Positions 52,801-62,118 are shown, numbered from the stretch's first letter. The stretch: DNA of 64,000 nt from Campylobacterota bacterium (GCA_034661055.1 JAYEKO010000061.1:17502-81501), one strand, 5' to 3'. Numbers and translations: made by a program. The notes: generated by a model not told the origin, from the letters alone.

Positions 52801-54158
52801 TCTGGAGAAAATCCATTTGCCTGACCTTCAACTGGAACCACAACTTTAGAAGATGTATCAGAGCTATAACGTACCACTACCGCAAAGTTTTCATTTGCAC
52901 CAATCTTCACTACATTTGAAAACCTAGTGGTGTGATAGCCTCTCATCTTATTATTTTGAGTTGTTATTGAATCTGCAATCTTTTGGGTAACAAGAGGATT
53001 AAATGAGAGTACTTTATGAACTTCAAGAACAATATTAGTTCCTGTCGCCTCAACAACATAACTTGCAGCTATGAGATCTTCATCTTTAGTTGCAGTAAAA
53101 ACATTAGCTATCTCTACTCCACTGTTTTTAGAAAAAGAGTAGACAGATCCATACTCATCATGAGAGTGGATCTTGTCAAATATAAATTCATTTTCTGGAG
53201 TATCTTCCATGTATGCCAAACTTCCAAAACCTATGGTAGTATCTGCATATGGAAAATAGTAATATCCATTTTTACCAGAACTAGCTCCCCAACTATTTTT
53301 AACAATAAAAGCGCCACGCTCTCCTTGGGCTACATAATTGTCATCCCAACCAACTATAACTACAGCGTGATTTGCAGGAGCATCTGGTCGTGTTACTAAA
53401 AAAGAGTGCGTTGACGCTTCATATGATGACTCTCCACTCTCTCCTGCACTACCCCATCCTACTTGAACGGATGCATAAAGTGGCTTTTTTTGATTGTAGA
53501 GAATATTTTTAATAGTTTCATTATCATTTGTATTGCGCCTTGCAGGAACTAAAATAACATTGTCAACATATTTTGTAGGTTTACATGTAGAGCAGTATTG
53601 ACTGTTAGGACTATCATCATAAGGGTCTAAGCTTTCATTAATCAGACCTCTAAAGCTATTCATATAGCCTATAATCATCCAAATATTACCACCACCGCAG
53701 GCATTTTGACTGTAAAAACCATGTGTATGCTTCATTTGATCTTCAGAGAAATCAGCACTACTTGATTCTCCATAACTACCTTCTAAAGCAGCAACTCCAG
53801 CAAATACCCAACATGATCCACATTGACCCTGATCTTTAACGGATGTAAGAAGAGTGTCTTGCGTATTACCATCTCCATTAATATCATTAAGAGAAAATTT
53901 TATTGGTTTTGAACGCAGCATACCATGTGTTCTAAAATTAGAGTAAGTTGTATCGTTTAAGACTTCTACTTTTTTTGGTGAGGGGATTACTTCTGCACTA
54001 GGCATCCCATCTTTGACCCACTTGGCATATTCTGTATTTATATTATTTTCAATATCTTGACGAATCTCTTTGGGTTCGCTTGAGACACTACCACTCTCAC
54101 TACCACTACCACAACCTATAAAAAATATTATTAAAGGTAAAAACAGATATTTTCTCAT
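49857..54158 (-). CDS. Lipoprotein cysteine protease: papain C1 domain + lectin-like domain + PKD + cadherin repeats + FG-GAP propeller + cadherin
   Basis: Lipobox FFIG-C; QGQCGSCW, NHAVVIVGW, VKNSWG triad; WDFGD (PKD); DFETK/DFESK cadherins; FGTSVSIDG..LGAP repeats; LDYENP. Confidence 0.88.
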   Translation of the reverse strand: MRKYLFLPLIIFFIGCGSGSESGSVSSEPKEIRQDIENNINTEYAKWVKDGMPSAEVIPSPKKVEVLNDTTYSNFRTHGMLRSKPIKFSLNDINGDGNTQDTLLTSVKDQGQCGSCWVFAGVAALEGSYGESSSADFSEDQMKHTHGFYSQNACGGGNIWMIIGYMNSFRGLINESLDPYDDSPNSQYCSTCKPTKYVDNVILVPARRNTNDNETIKNILYNQKKPLYASVQVGWGSAGESGESSYEASTHSFLVTRPDAPANHAVVIVGWDDNYVAQGERGAFIVKNSWGASSGKNGYYYFPYADTTIGFGSLAYMEDTPENEFIFDKIHSHDEYGSVYSFSKNSGVEIANVFTATKDEDLIAASYVVEATGTNIVLEVHKVLSFNPLVTQKIADSITTQNNKMRGYHTTRFSNVVKIGANENFAVVVRYSSDTSSKVVVPVEGQANGFSPDAEASPAESFHRSVNGEWTDITSIRSDLNYPIKVMSIESVDEVNRATLEVQTDKNKVEVDEFISFSISFNQEGVEASSIRWDFGDNTSSTLISPNHSYASAGNYNVDVTVFDKDGHQYTKRVRVRVVEKDISTISDSNLSLYENAQAGDIIGDITTNFAGTVNIDLSGIGHENFFVNSNAEVVVAQNAEFDFETKSFYNLEATPIDGGGVDSAKDLNITILNVNEHEVSLADFSATINENSPTGTTVGSVQIISSGDSEITMMELSGADATSFDITVNGLITVSSTATLDFESKAIYEFNVNATNASGSSEDAQVVVNLGNVAETVPELRALTITIVENTAPLTTIASLGIISTGDTPISSITIEGIGQSDFTVSASGIIKIASGATIDFENQNEYNLSAVATNLMGPSQSVEVIINVSNAAEVLPEIDDFEITIFENTVENLFLGEVPIVTSGDTDLSFSLSGTGSSDFSISSDGNITVMNSLSFDRQSHYELTAVATNGAGTSSADVNIIVKDVPPQVTSKFKADDASQDALFSNALSLSNDMILVGAKGAQNGGAGYLFKQESRQNYRQLLKLTSNDILAGDAFGTSVSIDGSLMVLGAPKDDTNGTDAGAVYLYQYFSSDNSALQISKIIANDTTDGDGFGFSVHINGNLIFVGAPEHNLSGATYLFRYYDNNNTVVQKEKFTPALASDGDGFGSDIIMDGSNIVVGTKYGEAAYLYEYQSNDSVVEAHTFNSSDGITNGDFFGSRVSADGSSILCGSPGNDSAYLFKYSAGSVLSKKIMVAASGTGIQFGSDVAIGNEAIVIGAKNTDSIYIYDYNVVTFNINEPATHFVVNPAGVGSEVGSELEIKGEYLAIGASKESLESDNSGALFVANLDVENRPFLINYEPEIQVNENSQTVFTSLYGSVNGVSMNFSVDGVDKDIFSIDSSGVLSAQSLDYENPTDIGSNNIYSISIILTDSAGISFAYPMEIEVLNISD

Positions 54159-54274
54159 TTGACTTCCTATCTTTTCGGACGTACAGAATATAGTATATCG
54201 TAATATTCAAACATTTATTTAGCAATTTATTATTTTAGTGTAATGAAAATATGTGTAGATAAAATGTAGTTATT

Positions 54275-55570
54275 TTAGAGTGTCGCTAAAATCTCGCGGG
54301 CCACTTCCCTGTCGTCAAAAGGAAATTTCTGATCATAAATAATCTGAACAGTCTCATCACCTTTACCCAAGACAACAACAACATCATCACCACTTTGATC
54401 TCGTAATGCCTGCTCTATTGCAGCGCGTCTATTGACATCTACATGTACAATATTTTTGTCTTCAATGCCCGCTAGGACATCTTTAATGATTGTGTCAGGA
54501 TCTTCAGTTCTTGGATTATCACTAGTTAAGTAGACACGTTTAGCCAACGATGCCGCAACTCGTCCCATAAGAGCACGTTTGCTTCGATCCCTATCTCCAC
54601 CTGCACCAAATACCACCAATAAATCTTTCTCTTTAAGAGAGTTAAGCACTTGCTGCATACCATCAGGTGTATGCGCAAAATCAACAAGAACTGGAGGTGT
54701 TTCACTCACAATCTCCATACGTCCACTCACACCTGCAAAGTTATCTACCACTTCACAAACATCCTCTAAAGATCGTTTAGTAATAAGATGTACTGCACCT
54801 ACTGCCGCAGTTATATTGTAGAGATTAAAAAAACCATACAGCGGAGAGTGAATGGGACCTACTTGTTTAAAGTTTTGTAGTATTGCACTAATACCATCAT
54901 TGAGAGAGTAGGCCATTATCTTATATGATGCCGGATTTTCAATACCATAAGTGTAAGCATTTTTAATATTGAACTTTGATTTAGGCTCATCTTTGTTCAT
55001 AAGCTTTAAAGTATCATCTTGAAAAAAACTATTCTTTACATTTATGTAATCTTCTAAATCTTTATGATAATCGAGATGATCTTGAGTAATATTAGTTAAG
55101 ATTTTCAGAGCAAACGAAATACCTTCAATACGCTTTTGAACAATAGCATGAGAGCTCACCTCCATAATGAAATATTCACATCCACTGGCAACAGCTTGGT
55201 AGATGTGTCGGTAGGTGTTGAGCACCGAGGGAGTAGTAAGTGTTTTGCCCTCAACCACGTCATCGTTCATAAAAAAGCCACGAGTCCCCTGCATAGCAAC
55301 CTTACAGTCAAGGTCTAATAGCATAGAATATATAGCACTAGCTGTACTTGTCTTTCCATTAGTACCAGTAATTCCAATAATTTTAATTCTATCCAAACCA
55401 AAAAGTGATGCAAGCTCACCTATTTTCATGACAGAATGGGGATTATGTGACAACGCATCATCTAAATATTTTTTATTTTGTGAGGTTAATACATATGCAG
55501 TCTCTGCATCACATTCTTTTGAGTTTTCTGTTACAAAACGAAATTGCTCTGCTGGTAACTCAATTTTCAA
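54275..55570 (-). CDS. murE: UDP-MurNAc-tripeptide synthetase (meso-DAP adding)
   Basis: GITGTNGKT, MEVSSH, QDHLDYH, DFAHTPDG, SDNPR, GKGDE. Confidence 0.97.
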   Translation of the reverse strand: MKIELPAEQFRFVTENSKECDAETAYVLTSQNKKYLDDALSHNPHSVMKIGELASLFGLDRIKIIGITGTNGKTSTASAIYSMLLDLDCKVAMQGTRGFFMNDDVVEGKTLTTPSVLNTYRHIYQAVASGCEYFIMEVSSHAIVQKRIEGISFALKILTNITQDHLDYHKDLEDYINVKNSFFQDDTLKLMNKDEPKSKFNIKNAYTYGIENPASYKIMAYSLNDGISAILQNFKQVGPIHSPLYGFFNLYNITAAVGAVHLITKRSLEDVCEVVDNFAGVSGRMEIVSETPPVLVDFAHTPDGMQQVLNSLKEKDLLVVFGAGGDRDRSKRALMGRVAASLAKRVYLTSDNPRTEDPDTIIKDVLAGIEDKNIVHVDVNRRAAIEQALRDQSGDDVVVVLGKGDETVQIIYDQKFPFDDREVAREILATL

Positions 55571-56153
55571 TTTGCTTACCTTCTGCTAATTTTTTTACTA
55601 ATAGACGCAACTCATCATTGTTAGGATAAATTGATAGCGCACTCTCTAAATACGCCAAGGCCATCTCTCTAAAGTCGTGCTCAACTAAATTCTTTAAAAA
55701 ATCAATAAAATCTTCTTTTTCAGTAATAATTACACGGGTAGAAAACATAATATTTTCGAAAATTCGCTTAAAGTCGCCCTCTTCTTTGACCACTTCTTTA
55801 AACTCAGAGTACATAATACCGTCTTCAAACTCTAATTTTTGCTTGAATGGTTCTGCAAATAGTTCACTAAGCTGTTCAAGCGTTCCATCCATACTCTGAA
55901 GTATTTCAAAAATAATGGTATCAGCCTCTTCTTTATTCTCTTCTCTTAGTACAATGTAGTAATCAAATAGTGCCTCAGCTCCATCCTCACCACTCATAGC
56001 CATCTCTGAAAGAATAGCACCATTATGAGCCTCTTTTGTGTTTGGATAGTCTTTTAAGACTAAAGCGTAATTTCGTAATGCCTGTTCATACTCTGCTTTT
56101 GAAAAGCTATCGTTTGCTTTGGCAAGAGTCTTATATTTGTTAATTGTCTTCAT
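55560..56153 (-). CDS. Conserved TPR-like hypothetical protein upstream of murE
   Basis: Helical TPR-like segments at both ends; overlaps murE start. Confidence 0.7.
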   Translation of the reverse strand: MKTINKYKTLAKANDSFSKAEYEQALRNYALVLKDYPNTKEAHNGAILSEMAMSGEDGAEALFDYYIVLREENKEEADTIIFEILQSMDGTLEQLSELFAEPFKQKLEFEDGIMYSEFKEVVKEEGDFKRIFENIMFSTRVIITEKEDFIDFLKNLVEHDFREMALAYLESALSIYPNNDELRLLVKKLAEGKQIEN

Positions 56154-56171
56154 AACTTGCCTCTCTATAGT

Positions 56172-56447
56172 TTATAAGCTATCTATTTGGTGCTCCATGC
56201 CCATTGGAACATTTATAACGGTTAGTTCTGGGTGGATATCCATACGAAGCTGTCGTTCAACTCCATATTTAAGTGTTGTTCCACTACTAGAACAACCTAC
56301 ACATGCCCCTTTCAACTGGACATATACAACACTATTTTTAACAGTAAGGAAATCTATATCACCACCATCAAGAGCCAATGATGGACGCAACTTATCAATA
56401 ACATCACTCACTGGTGATAGTAACTCTTCATCTGAAAATGGAATCAT
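56172..56447 (-). CDS. NifU C-terminal domain (Nfu-type) Fe-S carrier
   Basis: LRPSLALDGGDI, LKGACVGCSSSGTTLK. Confidence 0.93.
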   Translation of the reverse strand: MIPFSDEELLSPVSDVIDKLRPSLALDGGDIDFLTVKNSVVYVQLKGACVGCSSSGTTLKYGVERQLRMDIHPELTVINVPMGMEHQIDSL

Positions 56448-56501
56448 ATTTAAGGCCTTTTAAAATCTGTAACATAAAATAGAGCAAATCTGCTTAACAT
56501 G

Positions 56502-57719
56502 TCATAAATTTATAGTAGTAATATCCGTAACATAACTTGGTTTACGCATTCCTACAAGAATAACATCGACTAAATTAGTGTTTTTTAAAAAATTAATAGC
56601 GCACTGCTGTAAACTATCTTCACAACTATTAAGTTCCACTTTAAGTTGAGACCGTGTCGACTTTGAGCACTCATACGCCACCATCTTTTTCAACTGCTCA
56701 AAAAATAGATTCAAACTTTCTATTAAAATATCTCTGTCGTCTTCACTCAATGTTGAGACTGTGTTTTGCAGATGTGGAATTACTTGAGTATAGAAAAATG
56801 AGTCATACTCACCAATCCATCCAAAACGGTGTCGATTAGAATCTAGCTGCTCTATAATCGTATAAATAGGCTTTAATACATCATTATCACACAGATCTAG
56901 TATCTCATTAAGATGATGAAAATAATCAGATGGTTCATCATAGTCTGCTAAACGAAACATCATACTGTCTCGTTGTGCATTCAAAGGACGATTGGCAATG
57001 ACTCTAAGCCCATTCTCTTTAGCCCATGCAGCGCACTGTAACCCATCTTGCTCTAAAAGATTAATAGGAAGTTCAATAGTGGTAAAACTATGAACATCAT
57101 TGCCAACTTCCTCTGCAGCATTTTTTGCAAAGATAACAAGATCTTCATACGGCAAGAAGTCTGCCTCACTACTAGCCTTAGCGAAGCTGTTTGAACTGAC
57201 TCCGTAACTCTTTATTCGTCCCTTTAAGACCTCTTTTTCAAGTCCAACAAATGCTTCATAAATACGCTGCATCATTGTGTCTAGCATCGTCTCTTTATTA
57301 ACATTTTTATTTAAAGCTTCATACAGATAGTACTCAGGGTTATGAATTAAATAACACTCAATACTGTCTCGTGACAGACGTCTTAAACTACTAGTGAGTT
57401 GCTCATGCATAAATTCGGGTGATATCGCATGATAACAGCTATCACTGTACTCTACCAATCCATCAATATTGTTCTCTTCCTTGACCTCTTCTAAAAGTTT
57501 ACCTTGAATGTATCCATATTTGCTAATTATCTCAATATTAAAATCATCATCTAACATGTTAATTGCTTTTGCAATAGCATACTCTGATGCACCGTTCATA
57601 TAGTTTGAAGAGGTATCAATGATTTTCACACCAGACTCAATAGCCAGTTTCAGTGCTTGAAGATGCTCTAAATTTTCATCAACAATTCGGTAGGTTCCAA
57701 ATCCAATTTCAGTACTCAT
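56502..57719 (-). CDS. Aldo/keto reductase family protein
   Basis: IGFGTYR, IDTSSNY..GASE, SKYGY, SLRRL, YLIHNPE, GVSSN. Confidence 0.85.
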   Translation of the reverse strand: MSTEIGFGTYRIVDENLEHLQALKLAIESGVKIIDTSSNYMNGASEYAIAKAINMLDDDFNIEIISKYGYIQGKLLEEVKEENNIDGLVEYSDSCYHAISPEFMHEQLTSSLRRLSRDSIECYLIHNPEYYLYEALNKNVNKETMLDTMMQRIYEAFVGLEKEVLKGRIKSYGVSSNSFAKASSEADFLPYEDLVIFAKNAAEEVGNDVHSFTTIELPINLLEQDGLQCAAWAKENGLRVIANRPLNAQRDSMMFRLADYDEPSDYFHHLNEILDLCDNDVLKPIYTIIEQLDSNRHRFGWIGEYDSFFYTQVIPHLQNTVSTLSEDDRDILIESLNLFFEQLKKMVAYECSKSTRSQLKVELNSCEDSLQQCAINFLKNTNLVDVILVGMRKPSYVTDITTINL

Positions 57720-57752
57720 AAGTGCTCTTTTTAAAGGGGGTTGTAAAAAGGG

Positions 57753-57779
57753 TGAACTTACAGTAAAACTGTAAGTTCA
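57753..57779 (-). terminator. Intrinsic terminator of the rpmJ-rplQ operon
   Basis: TGAACTTACAGT-AAA-ACTGTAAGTTCA followed by CCCTTTTT on the - strand, ~10 nt after the rplQ stop. Confidence 0.75.
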
Positions 57780-57789
57780 GAAGTGTAAA

Positions 57790-58140
57790 TTATACTAGTT
57801 CAATAAATGCCATTGTAGTAGCATCACCACGACGAATGCGTGTTCTAGTAATACGAGTGTAACCACCGTTACGCTCTTTATATTTAGGAGCTATCTCATT
57901 CATTAATGTTTTAGTAGCTTCTTTACTCTGTAGTGCAGCAAATACTGTTTTGTGAGCATTAGCTTCACCAGTACGTGCCACAGTAATTAATTTTTCAGCA
58001 TAAGAGCGAAGCTCTTTTGCTTTAGGTACAGTTGTCTCAATTTTTCCATGTTCAATTAAGGCAATTGTCAAGTTTTTAAGCATAGCAGCGCGGTGTGCAC
58101 TAGTACGGCTTAACTTGCGATAACCATGACGATGTCTCAT
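57790..58140 (-). CDS. rplQ: 50S ribosomal protein L17
   Basis: [29 protein letters not shown]. Confidence 0.99.
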   Translation of the reverse strand: MRHRHGYRKLSRTSAHRAAMLKNLTIALIEHGKIETTVPKAKELRSYAEKLITVARTGEANAHKTVFAALQSKEATKTLMNEIAPKYKERNGGYTRITRTRIRRGDATTMAFIELV

Positions 58141-58152
58141 AATATTTCCTCT

Positions 58153-59142
58153 TTAATCTTCTAATTTCTTTTTGAATGCACTGATCAAATCATCTGAAAG
58201 GTCAGCACCCACTGCAAATCCAAACTCTTCGAGTTTTTCAACAATTTCATCAAACGATTTTTTTCCTAGGTTCTTAACATTTTTAAGATCATTTTGGCTC
58301 ATCATTGAGATTTCACCAACCACTTTAATATTAGAACGGTCTAGACAGTTAAAGCTACGTGCACTTAGTCCTAAATCATCAATACTAGTCATCAACTGTT
58401 TAAGTTCGGCTGAGTCTTCAATACGCTCTACAGCAGAAGGTGCCTGAATATTGATTTCACTGTTAAATACAGCAAGCTGTCCGTACATTACCTCAAGAGA
58501 GTTTTTAAATGCATCTAATGGTGAAATTTGACCATCAGTTACAATCTTAATAACTACTTTCTCAAAATTTGGATTATCTTCAACTAAGACATTTTCAATG
58601 TCATAAGTCACATTACGCACTGGAGTAAAGAACGCATCTAACGCAATAAAACCGTCTTCAGTCTCTTCACGAATATCTTCACTAGGAACATATCCAATAC
58701 CTTTATTAATTTTAATCTCAAAGTTCAATGTCGCATCTTCATTAAGTGTTGCTAAAAAAGCATCTGGAGTAACGATTTCAACTTCATCGTTGTTAAGGTC
58801 AGCTCCCTTAATTTCACATGGTCCATTGAAACTGTACGATACTGTTGCTTCAGTAGCTTCATCTTTTAATCTAAAACGAATTCCTTTTAGATTAATAATA
58901 AAATCTGAAATATCCTCAAGCATACCACGCACTGAGTCAAACTCATGCTTAGCACCCTCAATTTTAATTGCAGTTGGAGCATACCCTACAGAACTGCTCA
59001 ATAAAAAACGGCGAAGCGGGTGTGCAAGTGATACCGCATAACCCGTTTCAAATGGATAAGCTATTATATTTGCTTCATTCTCACCGATCTGTTCAACAAC
59101 AAAATCCTGAGGTAGAAGTGGAGAAGTTTTAATCTTATTCAT
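58153..59142 (-). CDS. rpoA: RNA polymerase alpha subunit
   Basis: [38 protein letters not shown]. Confidence 0.98.
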   Translation of the reverse strand: MNKIKTSPLLPQDFVVEQIGENEANIIAYPFETGYAVSLAHPLRRFLLSSSVGYAPTAIKIEGAKHEFDSVRGMLEDISDFIINLKGIRFRLKDEATEATVSYSFNGPCEIKGADLNNDEVEIVTPDAFLATLNEDATLNFEIKINKGIGYVPSEDIREETEDGFIALDAFFTPVRNVTYDIENVLVEDNPNFEKVVIKIVTDGQISPLDAFKNSLEVMYGQLAVFNSEINIQAPSAVERIEDSAELKQLMTSIDDLGLSARSFNCLDRSNIKVVGEISMMSQNDLKNVKNLGKKSFDEIVEKLEEFGFAVGADLSDDLISAFKKKLED

Positions 59143-59163
59143 TAATACGCCCTTTTTATTTTA

Positions 59164-59790
59164 TTATTTAGAGTAAAGCTCAACGATTAGACGTTCTTCA
59201 ACTGGAATAACAACTTCATCACGTTCAGGTAAACGAGTAAAAATACCAAATACTTTCTCAGCATCAATATCAACCCATGGCGCTAAACCAGTTTGATTTG
59301 TTAACTCAATTGCACGTACAACTTGTACATTCTTTTTGCTTTTCTCTGCGATTTCAATTTTCTGTCCTGGTTTTACACGGTAAGAAGCGATATCTACTTT
59401 TTTACCATCAACAAGAACGTGACCGTGATTTACCAACTGACGTGAAAAACGACGTGTTGATGCAAATCCCATACGATAAACAACATTGTCTAAACGCTGC
59501 TCAATTAATGTAATAAGGTTAAAACCTGTATTACCATCACGACGTTTACCTTCTTTAAACAGTGCAAGCATCTGTTTTTCAGAAATTCCGTACATGAATT
59601 TAGCTTTTTGCTTCTCATTAAGTTGAAGACCATACTCAGAAACTTTTTTACGACGCTGACCATGTTGACCAGGACCATAAGGACGTTTTTCTAGAGCAGA
59701 TTTTCCTGCTAAACGACGCTCACCTTTAAGGTTAAGGCTTACACCGAATCTTCTTTCGATTTTTTCTACTGGACCTCTATATCTTGCCAT
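59164..59790 (-). CDS. rpsD: 30S ribosomal protein S4
   Basis: [30 protein letters not shown]. Confidence 0.99.
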   Translation of the reverse strand: MARYRGPVEKIERRFGVSLNLKGERRLAGKSALEKRPYGPGQHGQRRKKVSEYGLQLNEKQKAKFMYGISEKQMLALFKEGKRRDGNTGFNLITLIEQRLDNVVYRMGFASTRRFSRQLVNHGHVLVDGKKVDIASYRVKPGQKIEIAEKSKKNVQVVRAIELTNQTGLAPWVDIDAEKVFGIFTRLPERDEVVIPVEERLIVELYSK

Positions 59791-59801
59791 CAGTAATCTC
59801 C

Positions 59802-60194
59802 TTAAACTCTACGGCGCTTAGGTGCGCGACAACCGTTATGTGGTAGTGGTGTAACATCTTTCATAAATGTAACACGAATGCCTTCAATAGCACCAACAGC
59901 TTTAACTGCTGTTTCACGTCCACTTCCTGGACCTTGAACTTTAATACCTAACTCTTTGATTCCATGAACCTGAGCTTTCTCTACTGCTGCTTCTACTGCT
60001 GCTTGTGCTGCAAATGGAGTAGATTTTTTAGAACCTTTAAATCCAAGACTACCAGCTGAGCTCCATGCTACCATGTTACCCATTTCATCAGTAATAGTTA
60101 CTAGAGTATTATTGAATGATGCCGAGATATGTACAATACCACGTGCAATATTCTTTTTTACGACTTTTTTACGAGTTGCTTTTCTTTTTGCCAT
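59802..60194 (-). CDS. rpsK: 30S ribosomal protein S11
   Basis: [30 protein letters not shown]. Confidence 0.99.
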   Translation of the reverse strand: MAKRKATRKKVVKKNIARGIVHISASFNNTLVTITDEMGNMVAWSSAGSLGFKGSKKSTPFAAQAAVEAAVEKAQVHGIKELGIKVQGPGSGRETAVKAVGAIEGIRVTFMKDVTPLPHNGCRAPKRRRV

Positions 60195-60205
60195 ACTCTA
60201 ATTCC

Positions 60206-60568
60206 TTACGCTGCGCCGACAGTTTTACGTTTACCCTTACGAGTACGCGCATTTGTCTTAGTTTTTTGTCCACGACATGGAAGACCACGACGGTGACGAA
60301 GACCACGATATGAACCTATGTCCATAAGTGCTTTAATGTCCATTGCAACTTTCTTACGTAAATCACCTTCAACCATGTGAGATTCACGAATCTCAGCAGT
60401 AATTTTTGCAATTTCGTCACCAGAAAGCTCATGAACACGTTTGTTATAATCAATACCTGTAGCGTCAAGAATCTGACGTGAAGTATGAAGGCCAACTCCG
60501 TAAACATATGTTAATCCATACTCTATACGTTTTTTCTTAGGTAAGTCTACACCGGCTATACGTGCCAT
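60206..60568 (-). CDS. rpsM: 30S ribosomal protein S13
   Basis: [36 protein letters not shown]. Confidence 0.99.
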   Translation of the reverse strand: MARIAGVDLPKKKRIEYGLTYVYGVGLHTSRQILDATGIDYNKRVHELSGDEIAKITAEIRESHMVEGDLRKKVAMDIKALMDIGSYRGLRHRRGLPCRGQKTKTNARTRKGKRKTVGAA

Positions 60569-60570
60569 TC

Positions 60571-60684
60571 TTATCCTTGTCTCTGTTTATGTTTAGGGTT
60601 CTTGCAGATAATTCTTACAATCCCTTTGCGCTTAATAACCTTACAGTCATCACACATCTTTTTTACTGAAGCTCGTACTTTCAT
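60571..60684 (-). CDS. rpmJ: 50S ribosomal protein L36 (below ORF-track cutoff)
   Basis: Manual translation [37 protein letters not shown]. Confidence 0.97.
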   Translation of the reverse strand: MKVRASVKKMCDDCKVIKRKGIVRIICKNPKHKQRQG

Positions 60685-60920
60685 TGTACACTCCGTTCAT
60701 ATAGTTAGTTTGCACCGCGCTTTGTAGGTTGCTCGAGCACAACCAATACTTGTATATATTGGTTAAAACATGTACAAATATTCAAATAAATGTCCAAAGC
60801 ACTAATGCGGACGCGTATTTTACACAAAAGATAGTTAAAATAAGTTTAAGGAAAAAATAGAGTGCAAAACTCTACACGTTTTGTGAAATAATCTCTGTTT
60901 GAATAACAGAAATTCAACTA

Positions 60921-61178
60921 CTATCTATACACATCTTTACGATGTTTTATTTTTACAATAATAATCACTACTTCATCTTCTTTTATCTCATAGATCACTC
61001 TGTAGTCATTGACTCTATAACGATAGTAGGGTGACAGGTCACCGACTAACTTTTTTCCGATATGAGGATTGTTAATTAGTTTTGTTTTTATAGCTTCTAA
61101 AATCTTTTTTTGCCAAGATTTATCTATGTTTTTTAAATCTTTAAAAACTTTATCATCAAAAAGCAGTCTATAGGCCAA
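60921..61178 (-). CDS. relE: RelE/ParE family toxin
   Basis: AYRLLF...KDLKNI...GKKLVGDL..YRYRVNDYRVIY...KHRKDVYR. Confidence 0.9.
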   Translation of the reverse strand: MAYRLLFDDKVFKDLKNIDKSWQKKILEAIKTKLINNPHIGKKLVGDLSPYYRYRVNDYRVIYEIKEDEVVIIIVKIKHRKDVYR

Positions 61179-61377
61179 GAGATTGTTCCAGCTCTTCTAT
61201 GCTTATGAGGTTTCTATCTTTCTCATTTGATCGTTTTTGAGCATCATAAAAGTCATTCATATCATCAAGATAATTTTTTAGTGCCTCTTTGACAAAAAAA
61301 CTTTTAGGTCTCTGTGTCACCTGTGCAAGTTTTTCCAGTTTTTTTTCCATTGTATCATCAAGTCTAACTGACAACAT
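61168..61377 (-). CDS. RHH antitoxin (RelB-like)
   Basis: MLSVRLDDTMEKKLEKLAQ..RPKSFFVKEAL; overlaps the toxin start. Confidence 0.88.
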   Translation of the reverse strand: MLSVRLDDTMEKKLEKLAQVTQRPKSFFVKEALKNYLDDMNDFYDAQKRSNEKDRNLISIEELEQSLGL

Positions 61378-61390
61378 AAAAAACTCCTTC

Positions 61391-61414
61391 TGTATTACAT
61401 GTCATACAATTATA
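61391..61414 (-). promoter_or_regulatory. Promoter -10 (TATAAT, 61409-61414) plus operator boxes TGTATGACA-TGTAATACA of the RHH-RelE module
   Basis: - strand reads TATAAT-TGTATGACA-TGTAATACA-GAAGGAG before the ATG. Confidence 0.65.
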
Positions 61415-61469
61415 ACGAAATAACAATATGAAATCAATCTTCTGTTCTCAGATGAGAACATATAGAAAT

Positions 61470-61544
61470 CTAAACCACTCTTCTACGACCCATAAAGAAG
61501 ATGCTACCCAAAGCAAAAATAAATGCTAATGCTATTTTACCTGT
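61470..61544 (-). pseudogene. Orphan C-terminal membrane-anchor remnant (TM + RRR)
   Basis: Reads TGKIALAFIFALGSIFFMGRRRVV* with no start; same layout as the tail at 62119-62238. Confidence 0.6.
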
Positions 61545-61553
61545 TTATACGAC

Positions 61554-61823
61554 TTATCTAAACAGTTGAGCGTGCGAGCCTATTCGAGCTAAGTACAGTG
61601 TATCATTTTTGATTTTGTAGATTACCAGTAAATCACCACTAACATGAAACTCACAAAAATCATTCCACTCACCTTTGAGTTGATGGTCTTTTGACTCAAT
61701 TGGTAAGTTTTCGTCTTTTAGCAATGTGGTGACATAGACAACATATTTTATGTAAAGTTTATCTGTAAATTTAAGTTTTGAATGCTCTTTTAAAAATGTT
61801 TTCGTTCTAAAGAGCTTTAGCAT
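61554..61823 (-). CDS. yafQ: YafQ family mRNA interferase toxin
   Basis: KDHQLKGEWNDFCEFHVSGDLLVIY...LARIGSHAQLF. Confidence 0.9.
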   Translation of the reverse strand: MLKLFRTKTFLKEHSKLKFTDKLYIKYVVYVTTLLKDENLPIESKDHQLKGEWNDFCEFHVSGDLLVIYKIKNDTLYLARIGSHAQLFR

Positions 61824-62074
61824 ACGCTCTGCTCTTCTAAGAACTCCTCAAAACTTACAATCTCACCCTCTTCATCTTCAACTTCCTGCATCGCTTTTAA
61901 GGTCTCATCGTTTGGAAGTTTTATATCAAAAGGCAATCCTTTTGTCAATTTTACCTTGTTTAAAAAGATATTTATAGCATCAGTAACACTAAGGTTGTAC
62001 TCTTTAAATATCTCTTTAGCTTCATCCCAAGCAACGGCATCAACTTTTATGGATGTCTGTCTTCTCGCAGTCAT
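61817..62074 (-). CDS. dinJ: DinJ/RelB family antitoxin
   Basis: TSIKVD...AKEIF..YNLSVTDAINIFL...GLPFDIKLPNDETLKAM. Confidence 0.88.
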   Translation of the reverse strand: MTARRQTSIKVDAVAWDEAKEIFKEYNLSVTDAINIFLNKVKLTKGLPFDIKLPNDETLKAMQEVEDEEGEIVSFEEFLEEQSVC

Positions 62075-62118
62075 AATAATTCCTTTGAAGTATTATAACA
62101 TACTTTACGCTACGCCTG

